Below, in pieces: positions 53,608 to 64,000 of a DNA stretch of 64,000 nt. Within the stretch, counting starts at the first letter, position 1. Every line of letters begins with the position of its first letter. Under the pieces are notes generated by a model. The model was not told the DNA's origin and searched no databases. It worked only from the letters and a program-made list of their open reading frames with translations. The DNA lies in assembly GCA_002633005.1 (NCBI GenBank), contig NMRA01000245.1, positions 434,001 through 498,000 on the forward strand. Reading direction: 5' to 3'. Source of the DNA: Phoronis australis (Eukaryota; Animalia; Phoronida). A program made the translations under genes and the position numbers.

Positions 53608-54197
53608 CATCAGGCTTTTGTTAACAGACGTACGATAACCTTTTCAAATAAAATAAAATTTTACCATTCTGCCCTATTGTGTTTTAATTTGAAGAAACTT
53701 TACCACACCCTGTCCTGCTGGCTGAGCACAGTTTAACAACAGAGCCCGATGTTCAACCAAGAACATTAATAACCAGGTGGGCCAAACTTGTTCTGAAATT
53801 CACTGGCAGTGAATGTGGAATAAAACAGGGATGAATGGCACTCTTAATGAATGTTTTCTTTTTTTTCCTGAAATAACACCACTTAAGTGAAAATTCTTAC
53901 AGACATGAAGGTTTATGTACAAAAGGAATAGCAGTCTTGAAACAAACACAACACTTCACTGTAATCAACAAGACATCTGGGCTGACAGCTGAAAGGTCCT
54001 TAAACCCAATAGATTAGCTTGCACTTGCATCAAATCTCTTCTCTTATGGACTGGAAACAGTCGATTCATATCCTACAATTAAATACTCCAACCTCGCCAA
54101 CCAATCACACATCAGTGGCTACCATTTTGCTAGGAATAGCTTAGTAAGCTCACGGGCACATGTGAAATGTGTACCTCTTCTACTAGAGCCAGACTGA

Positions 54198-54410
54198 TGG
54201 TGATGAGACCAGCAGGGTAATAGGACGTGGCCCAGGGGGTGGGGATGAGACTAGCAGGATCATAGGACGTGGCCCAGGGGGTGGGGATGAGACTATCAAG
54301 GTCATAGGATGTGGCCCAGGGGATGGGGATGAGACCAGCAGGATCATAGGACGTGGCCCAGGGGGGTGGGGATGAGACTAGCAAGGTCATAGGATGTGGC
54401 CCGGGGGGTG
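54198..54410. repeat. G-rich minisatellite, ~42-bp unit, ~5 copies
   Basis: Unit GGGGATGAGAC(T/C)AGCAGGATCATAGGA(C/T)GTGGCCCAGGGGGT; explains the repetitive ORF 54130..54390. Confidence 0.9.
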
Positions 54411-54623
54411 TATACGTTGTGCTAATAAATGTACTTCTTCACAAACTGTGAATTGTGAGTAGCTGGTTTATCTTCTGTCTTGACTCCAGCTGATGAGACA
54501 CCGTTACCAAAACGTGAGGTCCTCAACACACTTCAGCAGCTATTGTGAGTGACATGACGAGGGGAACACCATTCACTTCCCAACCCAATTTCAATTTTTA
54601 ACTATGAGTAAAATTACCAGTAT

Positions 54624-54865
54624 CAGGGCTTGGAATGACCAATGACAAATAAGAGGAAAATTTTCCAGGTGATGTATCGATCCACAAATAAATAGGCATG
54701 TGTGGTAGAAATATTTTTTGTGTAGTAAAATTTAACTGAAATATGCGATTTTGCATGAATAAAGTAAAAACTAATGGAAAAAAGAGAGGAAACTAGAAAT
54801 CAAATAAGAGGAAATCGAAACTAAAAAAGGAAATCCTCTTAAAAGAGAAAAATTCCAAAGCCCTG
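54624..54865 (+). mobile_element. hAT-like MITE (CAGGG termini); second copy at ~62078-62331
   Basis: CAGGGCTTGGAAT...ATTCCAAAGCCCTG TIRs; interior homologous to 62078-62331; TSD not preserved. Confidence 0.6.
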
Positions 54866-55723
54866 CAACATTGCAAGATTGCTTCTCCATAACGTCTTCA
54901 TTTGGAAGACGTCATTTTCTTTTCCTTTTATCTGCTAATTCATGAAAGAGTTGTCTCTCATGTTCAGACATTCAGACATATAATGAAACAGTGACATCTG
55001 GTGCCAAAGCAATTCTCTGCTTAACAATATTAATTATAATCAAAATTCACACCAACCCAATAACTGCTCCACAAAAGGTCAAGGTCATGTAGGACCGTAG
55101 AAAAATTCCAATTTTGGCCAGCCTCAAAACATTGTATCTCAGAAATGGCTGATCAGATTCACAGGAAACTTTCAGATAATATGCTTTAAACACTGTTCTT
55201 TAAAACGCTTATAGGAGTTGTTCTTGAACTGTTCCCCTTTTGAGTCAAAGCTAGTGGGTGAATTCAGACACACTTTCTCTTATGGAGCCAAATTATCCTG
55301 GAGCAAAACTGAATGTTAGCAGAATAATCACTGCATGATCGTAAAGTTGACATTATCACTGAATCACCTTATACAGAATGGCAAAATTTACGTACTCTAC
55401 AGGAAGACGATAATTTTAGAGCGCGTGCAAATAAGCAATTGTTAACCAAGTAGCTTTAAAAAAAAACACTTTTTAGATAATGGGATCATTTGAATTTGAG
55501 TTAACAGGAGGTCAGTACGGATTAGTGAGGTAGAATCCGGCGGAGGCATAAAAACCGAAGTCGCATGAATTTGTGCCTTAGACAGTATCGCGTTAGGCGA
55601 AAACTGCCTATTTTGTTACAGACAGCAAATCTCTGACTCAATATCAACACGGTTACCAAGCTCAAATATCACAATTCCCAACATGATAAAACAACTGTCT
55701 TACAACACCCACCCACCCAAACT

Positions 55724-55788
55724 CACGCACGCACACATATGCACACACACACACACACACGCACACGCACACGCACACGCACACACAC
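55724..55788. repeat. (CA)n/(GCACAC)n microsatellite
   Basis: Seen directly. Confidence 0.9.
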
Positions 55789-58700
55789 CTAACACATCCC
55801 CCATGATGAGGAATGAGGGGATCAAGTGACAACAAGAAATATGGAAAAAAATTCTTCAATTTGGGACACAAATAATTGCTAAGATTGCCATATTTCTATT
55901 TTTTCAAAGACGAATTAAACTCCACTCAGTCATTACTTCACAGAACTCTCACTTCCAGTCCCGCAGTCTCCATCCTATGGACTCTTCCACCATGTATTAC
56001 AATAGACCACTTTTTATTACTTGAGTGATTGCCATGGTAACAATTTTAAAAGAATCAAAAGATGCACTGTTAAAGTCCATTGAATTTCAAGCTCATGACA
56101 TCAAAAATGAACATCTGCCCATTAGATTAGATTAGCCACAATGAACAATAAGTCAGGTGAAAGATCCGTGATGGAGCCCATCGTTATGATAGTAAACATA
56201 ACAAGAATCAAAACCCATTAAACAATGACATCATCAAACGTGTACGCACAGATGAGCAGTGCAATCGGCATGAGGCAGTTCAAGCCGTATGTTCGTAAAA
56301 ATAACACCATCTTCATTTCCTTGAAGGAGAAGGCCAGTCAGGTCAACCTGGCATGTTCTACTTACTATATGGGGTATTTTGAAACTTTCCAATTATTGGA
56401 ATCAATAAATAACATTTCTTCAAATACAGAAGTGGTGATGTACTGAGCAAGTTAAAAAACTGTCAACCAATCCGAGGGAGCCGAGTTGCTTCATTTTTTA
56501 GCTCTAATAATGGTGCCCAATGGCCAAGACGCCCACCCATTTTCAGTCCCAGCCCTGTTACGTACCATAAATATTTTTGTTGATGCCCGATCCTTACATA
56601 AGCACCCACTCAGAATACTTCGCGCCCATTGCTCACCTCAGCACCCACCCTCAGCTTTCGAGAAATTTCAACAAAGCTACCACAGCTTAGGCTAGCGCCC
56701 ATCCATAGTTTACTTTAACAAATTAGTTTTCAAAACAGAAAGGCATGCTTCTAAACATGTATGCCAGATTCATTTTGTGTCGCATTGTAGTTTGCAGCTG
56801 TCGCCGACGCCATCGTATTCTGTTGGCATATTGTGCAGTGTCGGGGGTAAAGCAGATTTCATGAGCGTATAAGGCCTCATTTGATTTTTGTTTTTTCCAG
56901 CGAGCTAAATAGGGCAAAAACGCAGCTTTGAGTAGCATTCACAACATCAAATGAATCTGTTCTGAACTGAAACTCAGTTGATTATGTAACAATTTCATTC
57001 TAGTGTAGGACAATTTAATAAGATCCAATCCGAAATGTCTTAAACATTTCTTGAATATTAATACAACTGTGCTGTGGACCTAATTATCTGCTTTGAGCGA
57101 TTCCACAACTTTCTCCCCTCTGTTGCAAGAAAAAAATACAGAGTATTTTATTGAGTATTTTATTCAGTGTCCAGTCAGTTTGTGTCTAATCAATTCTACA
57201 AATTTTTGGCTCCTTATGGTAAAGATACTATGGAGTTTCCCTCTGGTAGAGTTTAGTACAATACTGCCTCTCACCCTTTTACAAAGTAACACAAACATAA
57301 ATTCTTGGTGCATTTTAAAAGATATTCCATTAATTCCTTTCTATTTTTAGCACACTGGGCACAAGCTACAGGGGAAATTTCAAGGTCAACAGAAAGGAGA
57401 TAACTTGGTATAGATTTGTCTTCGAGTCATTCATGCAAAGAATTAGGTATAAATCTTTAGCGCTAATTACGTAGCCAAGCCACGATGCATCAATAGCACG
57501 CCCGAGTCCCTGAAATTATGAAACGATGTAGTCATCTCGAAGTGGGGCCCCCTGTGATCGATTTTCTGCTGAGCAACCACATCAGCAAGCTACGTGACAT
57601 GTTACAGTCTGTCTTTAATCAAGATTATGCTAATTAATCAAAGGAAGCCAGATATTATTAACCCAACTCATCTCTCTACAAAGTCATGAACACTGTAAAA
57701 TTGCTCAAGGAGTTCATATAAATGCGGTAATGATAACAGTAGATTAGTCAGGTTCCCATTAGGAAAAATAAAAAACTGGTCTATCGGAATTGACAAGTGC
57801 AAGCGCAGTTTGTTTTTTAAACATTTTAGGCATTTTCATCGCAAAATCCATTTCATGTTTGAGGTGGTCTCGATCAGTAAATAACTTTATAAACAATATT
57901 TTTTCATGTGAAAAGTATGGCTAAGTTGAACTTTGAGTATTCCAGGAACACATTTTTGTCATTTTTGATAAAACATGTCAGGCTAACATGGGCTTTGCAC
58001 AGTAAGAGCCTTCAATTTATACACATGCCACAGTCTTCAGTAAGAACTGAAGACAATATAGCGAAGTTAAGGCAAGGTCAACTTGTGAAGTCTTTTAGCA
58101 CTTCATTAAATATTTCTTAACTGTTTTCAACCTTTAAATGTATATATTTTCTGAATCCTTGAAAAATCTGAAATATCGAATCCTACCTTGGAACACGGCG
58201 CAGGGATTTACTATCATGTGTTTGGCATGTTTTTGTGAAAATTGTCAAACAAATCTTTACCGCAGGAGACTTTGTATTTGAAGTATCATAAACATTCGGG
58301 TTAACGCTCTGAGCGCTTAAATTGGCAAGTGAGGAAATCAGGAGGTGGATGCTTAACCTAGCCACAAAATGTCATGTGACCCCAATGTGACTGTCACTTT
58401 GGCTTCGCATTAGGATGAGATTCAACTCTTAAAACTGCAAGAAATAAATGGTTTTTAGAAAAACGATTTTGTTGTTGCATAGAATATGAGCCTGTGGCGG
58501 ACTATAGTCTTGATGAGCGTTAATTTCAACAACAAAGCCATTTTCAATGCAAGGCATAAGATGCTAATAGAATACAATGTTACCGGCAATAACCGCAACT
58601 CCTGGCCATAACTACTCTGTGACTCAAAATTGATTTGGTTATTACATTTGAAAACATGTCTTATTATTTTGAAAATCTATTCAGAAAAATTTGCAAAAAT

Positions 58701-59591
58701 ATGAGGTAGGTGCTTCCACGCACACAAGGACGTTAACCCGAATGTCTACGGTAATGGGTTTAAGGTAAAACAGCAACTTTAAAAGTTGAAGTTGCTAGGC
58801 TACTTAAGCTTGCACGTTTGCTACATTGAACAAAACACTACGTCAGCTGTTTTGTCCAATTGTATTTAAGCCAACATCAAAGTAACGATCCTATCCACCT
58901 CAGTTAATGTGTTCACAGATGTTCGCATGAAATGATGCGAATACTGCATGTTACAACTTCCATATATATGGCAGTCTATGTTGAACAGTGGAGATATCGA
59001 AGTTACTCTAGTGTTAGGGCTTTACACAGTACCAGACAAAAGTATCAGACAAAATACGTTTTCACATCATGACGGCTAATATTGTTAACAGCAAAAACGA
59101 GTGGTAATGACTGCTATGGAGGTAAAATTCTAATTGCAGAATGGACTAGCCAACCTACAACTAACTTTCCTAGCCAATCTACAACTAACTTTCCTGTGAA
59201 TTTCCCTTTATTTTCGGTCGTGGCGGAGGGCTCAAACTCTCCCGATGAATGCGTCCACCGCCCTGACCCGTCATTACAACATTTTGGGTTAGTGAACTGT
59301 ACATATCAAAGGGGCCCTTAAGAGTCAAGCCAACACAATTGGATTGGCCATACACATGCTAACAGTTACGGCATATTATTTGTTGATTGTCCAATTCAGT
59401 AAAGACCATAGCACAACTGCCTCCAAGAAGATGAAAAATGGCGCCTTTTTACATCAAACACATTTTGATGATGAAAAGGGTTCAAAACTGATTTTTGGCC
59501 AGTAAAACTTAGTGTAGAAAAAGTGGATTTACCACATGCTGTTGTGAAGAATCCATTTACCTAAACATCATTCAAGAATGAATGGACTCAC

Positions 59592-59924
59592 CGGAGACAG
59601 CCCAAGAGTTATTATCTCTGCGGCGAAGGATGTTAAAGTTGTCTCCGATGAGTTGCCAGCAGTCACTGGTAAGGTGCGCGGCTTTAGACGCTCTGCGGCT
59701 GGGTTTAAGATCTTTTATAGGCCTAACTATCCCCAATTCCGGTACCAGGATGAATTTCAAAAATATCTTGACTTGTTTGCGTCAGATGTGATGTGCGACG
59801 TCTATGTTGAAAGTGTGCCATATTTTTTTAATATCGGGGATGACGAAGTAGCTGATTGTACTAGTATTGTATTTTTAGTTGCTTCAGCTTTGCCGTTGCC
59901 TGGCCACACTTTCGTACCGCCCCC
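59592..59924 (-). promoter_or_regulatory. Candidate TATA promoter plus non-coding first exon on the minus strand
   Basis: On minus: GC box (59917-59924), TGACGCAA (59777-59784), CTATAAAAG (59712-59720), then a CpG-rich stretch ending at a CCG|GTGAGT donor (59592/59591). Confidence 0.4.
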
Positions 59925-60425
59925 TAAATTTTAGGTTAAAAAATAAAAATGGTAGAAACCACACGGACATTGTTGTTATGAACAACAGCCAAAACTCAGC
60001 TCTCATACAAGAACAGCAGAACAAGGCTGCACGAACTTTGTTTGAAAAAGCAAAGAATTCAGTGTTCATGCTAAAGAATTAGAATGATTAAAATACAGAA
60101 AATTTGACTTTTGCTTCTCAAAAGACCCACACACCTTCCATGATTTCTGAAGTCCAATTGTACAGTTTGTTTGCTTGTAGGATTATATAAAATGGAAAAA
60201 AAAATAAGTTCAACACAAGGTGTAAGTAAAACTTTTGTGATGAGAATTAAATCTGTTTATTGTATTCTGGACGAGGGATCCGTTTCATCGACAGTTTCTA
60301 AGTCCAGTTGTAGGCAAGACAGTCACATTACGGTATTACAAACACAACACTGTATTTTCCGTAAGAGCGATGCATTGCTATTCATGGTTAAAAGTGTTCA
60401 TAATTCATTGAATAACTTCTGTGAT

Positions 60426-60551
60426 GATGGTAAAAATGAGAGAAGTTACTTACTAGAAGACAATATACTTAACTAACTTATAATATTATAGTAAGTATAA
60501 GTTAGTTAGGCATATTGTCTTCTAGTAAGTAACTTCTCTCGTTTTACCATC
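60426..60551. repeat. Long hairpin (~56-bp arms, 13-nt spacer)
   Basis: gatggtaaaa..gagagaagttacttactagaagacaatat..taactaacttata is mirrored at 60496-60551 with few mismatches. Confidence 0.85.
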
Positions 60552-62077
60552 GGTTATTCATGTTGTCACTTTTAATATTCAGGCTTAAATGACAGTTTTC
60601 AGGAGGCAACAAATTAAACAAATTAAAACGGAAGTTACCAATGTCTTAGTAGATGGAACATTAAGACCTGTCATTAAATGGGCCCCTGGTATATTTGGTG
60701 AAACACGTAAGGCTGAACTGGCGGATAAAATAATTAAAATAAGTCAAGAGCAACTGGGTCTACCAAAGCTGCCCATCGATCACTGACAAGCAAGTATGTT
60801 ACTTTGTGGATTAAGTCTTCCCAATAAGCCGTCATGAATAACTGTTTATCACCGTTGCTAATCTCATGTTTACAACAATAGTCACAGGAAATATAGTTTT
60901 AAGTCAGCGCAGTTCACAGCAAAATTACCTTCATAGTTGGCTAAGGTAAATGTACCGTCAGCATTCGTGTTAACGCCCAGGACAGTTGAATTTGCTGGCG
61001 TGGAAATTGGGGGCGGCAGTTGCTGCGAGTGGTTATGTTGTCAACGCTTATTGAGCTAAGCTTAGTGACTTTCTAAACTGACTCGTTTACTCGAGGGACT
61101 CGTGAATGAGGAGCTCCTTGTTAAAAAAACACCCGTTTATCTTGGACTGACTTCCCATATAAATGCCATCAAGTTAATGAAAATTGAAAATTATATAAAT
61201 TCGAGTTCCCTGTAGGTTTGCAGTTCAAAATTTCAAGCTAAAATTGGTGATTGAAAAACACCAGTCTCATCATAGAGTTTATGCCAAGTCACTGGCTTTC
61301 AAATAACTCCGGTCAAATGCAAGGAATGGTGCAGTGGACATTTCACAAGCAAAATTCATGTTGCTTTTTAGAATTAAATTGAATAACAAGGACAATGCAA
61401 AGCGCTGACATGCACCCACAATGCATTGCAAACGGTACTGCTTACGTCAGTCTCATGGACGGTACAACAAGACAGCAATTTGACCACAAGGAGTAGCTGC
61501 AATAGTCAAAATAGATACATCAAATCAAAAAGAATAAATTTGAACAAAGCAATAAAAATGCCAAAGAAGGGCACAACACTGAGGCATCCAAAATTAGTAA
61601 TCATGAGGTCATCCAGCACAGCAATAGTTGGAACCAGTGCTCAAAACTGGTTCGCTGTCATCATCTCGAAAATGGAATGGTCAATAGGGAGTGCTGCAAT
61701 AGTCAAATCCGCCCGCAAATCAACAGGAAATTTTGTAAGGTGGCTAAGCCATTCTGTAATTAGCTCCAATATTTATTAACAGTCATTTTTACTGAATTAG
61801 TCTTCTTGACAGGAGAAACAGCATTTTGTTTGATGACTTTTGTCTTGCACTGTATGGTATATGGTGCATATAAAAAGACTTGAAACATTCCCGGCTTTCT
61901 GCTTACCATTCTTAGTACCAGGCGAATTGAGTAAAAATGCTCCGTCCCTGGCACTGAATAAACTGAAGATTGAAATCAGTGTACATTTAATTACCGGTAA
62001 GAACAAGAAAAGTTTCCTGCTCTATGCTAGTGAGGATGAAAGAGTTCTGTCAATGAAGTGTCCAGTGAATGGTGAAA

Positions 62078-62331
62078 CAGGGCTTGGAATGACCAATGAC
62101 AAAAATGAGGAAAATTTCCGTGTGATGTATCGTTCCACAAATAGACTTGTGCGATGGATATACATATTTTGTTGTGAACTTAACTGAAAAACTGAATTCA
62201 ACGTGTTTGCATGAATAAAGTCAAAATAATGATAAAAAAGAGACAAAGAAGAGGATATTGGAAATCAAATAAGGAGAATTCAAAACCTAACAAGATGAAA
62301 TCCTATTAAAAGAGGAAAATTCCAAAAACCG
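62078..62331 (+). mobile_element. Second copy of the CAGGG-terminated MITE
   Basis: cagggcttggaatgaccaatgacaaa...gaggaaaattccaaa aligns with 54624-54865. Confidence 0.6.
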
Positions 62332-64000
62332 AGGAAATAAATAGTGTCATAATTCTAGAAATAACCATCCTAATGGTAATCATTTCATCTATTTGATGAT
62401 CTATAGCGTTTGGAACTAAGCAAACATTTGGGAGCTAAGTTAATTCAAGCGAGCCTGGAACTTGGGGAGTGGGAACTAAAATTGGAAATTTTAAGAAATG
62501 GGGAATAGACGCTATCTATACATGGCAGCCTAACCTGATGAAGACAGTCGCCCTGGTCACCAATGACCTTCAAAATTAAAGTCCCCAAACCCCAAGTTCA
62601 AAGAATTTGCTGCAAGGCTAGTTACCGACGCCAACGTTGAAGCAACGCTACCAAACTCAGACACGTGTATTCCTGTACGTTACAATTTGAACAGCAGAAA
62701 ATATAGGCTAAAAAAATACCGTCGAAATTTTGGACTGACTTGCCCTATGAATGTTAACAAAGTTGATGCCATCTCAGCACAGTTCAAATTTTGCTACTCC
62801 AGTGATTGAAACAGGTCCCGTCAAAAAAATTCCACGAGTTGTTCAATGCCATGGCTGAATGAAGTATTCATACATCGGAAGAGGCAGTGACAACTTCCCA
62901 TTAGAATTTTTGTGGCTGGGTATGTGTTCAAGTTTTGCATGAAAAATATTAAGCATAAAATATACTTCGACTTTGTGCAGATTTCCGTTATCAGTTGATT
63001 TGAGTTTGCTCTTGGCTAATGGCAGTGAATACAAGCCAAAATGTGAAAAACAGATCAGCAATGAAATGCAATACGGCCTTAACATGACTGTCACTTCTGC
63101 TTCGCAAGTAAACAAGGTTGAGATCAGATCCCTAAAGCTGCAAGAAAAGTTCTTGGTTCTTTTGACATTAATAAATTTATTGTGGCGCAAAACCAGAGAC
63201 TGGATAGTGGTTACTGCCGTCTTGGTAAGTGCCACTTTCAACAACGCCAGGGTTTTAATGCATTGCAGAAGAGAATAAAAGAATACAACATCCCTAGTGT
63301 CCACTGTGACTCCCAGCTGTAACTACTCTGAAACTAAGAGCTGGTTTATCATCTGTGACTTTGTACAGTCTCGGTCTGGTCTCTCTCGCAGTGGGTACTA
63401 AACATTTCACATTTACACAATAGATACCATAGACAATTTGAGCGGAAACTTAATTGAAAATACATCATTGAACTGAAGTGTCTATTCAAAAAAAGTGAAG
63501 TCACTCTGCAGAACTGTAGTGTGCGATAACTCCGTAGAAGAAAAGCCTGTCACTGTATTGTCTACAATACGCCGATGTTTTATTTGACTGTCACACGTGA
63601 AATACAACATCATTGTAGCTCCTTACATGTTTACTGTGACCATCTCTCAGATTAGAACGCACTCTGAATCTTCCAAAATTTCATTTCATAAGTCACCCCT
63701 GCTCAGACTAAAGACCCTCTCCAATTAAAGCACCCTGGGCGGTAATCCAGGCGAATACAGTAAGAAAATCTGGTGATCATAAAACAACACCATCCTACGG
63801 TTAGCCATTTCAACAAAGCTTACGAGTTGCACTAACAACAATAGGATTAGTGTCAACCAGAACGTGTTTTGCCAAGTTCCGATCAAAGAAACGCATGAAA
63901 GTACAATTTATCAAAGACATTTATTGACAGTTATAATCACGCAAACAAGTTTGAAAACTCAAGTTCATTGCATAAGCCTGAGCTCCTAGGACTAGCAGAA

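Noticed and set aside
54130-54390. Repetitive WATSYDPA protein ORF
   Set aside because: It is simply the translation of the 42-bp minisatellite.
61426-61779. 117-aa ORF with a short internal direct repeat (gctgcaatagtcaaa)
   Set aside because: No recognisable domain in any frame.
62533-62560. Hammerhead ribozyme core (CTGATGAAG; also CTGATGAG at ~54490)
   Set aside because: No closing stem II followed by GAAA could be found at either site.
62843-63304. 153-aa and 101-aa overlapping ORFs
   Set aside because: No recognisable motif and no convincing splice or phase context; lengths are compatible with chance.

Overview
AT-rich, intron-rich animal genomic DNA, probably from an invertebrate (taxon cannot be fixed from sequence). 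It is not prokaryotic, and most entries in the ORF track are spurious or partial exons. (1) Minus strand, 10406->1157: 11 phase-consistent GT-AG exons of a Sac2/INPP5F phosphoinositide phosphatase, including the CIDCLDRT catalytic motif and the hSac2 region. The N-terminal exons were not found anywhere in the window. (2) Plus strand, 22828->39803: a complete 8-exon, 999-nt (332 aa) alpha-carbonic anhydrase with a signal peptide, all three Zn-binding His residues, an Asn at the His64 position and a GPI-signal-like tail. It probably lies antisense inside a very large INPP5F intron. (3) Two tandem near-duplications (about 3.7 kb and 1.4 kb), each joined by a single N, most likely uncollapsed haplotypes. 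(4) Many non-autonomous mobile elements. The most striking is a 513-bp TRIM-type LTR retrotransposon (TG..CA LTRs, tRNA-Lys PBS, PPT, 4-bp TSD) whose LTRs each contain a tRNA-like Pol III promoter unit. Others are a P-like MITE carrying an intact THAP first exon, a head-to-head inverted tRNA-derived dimer flanked by a 13-bp direct repeat, a Harbinger-like MITE, foldback hairpins and a G-rich minisatellite. All calls were made by eye; no database searches were run.
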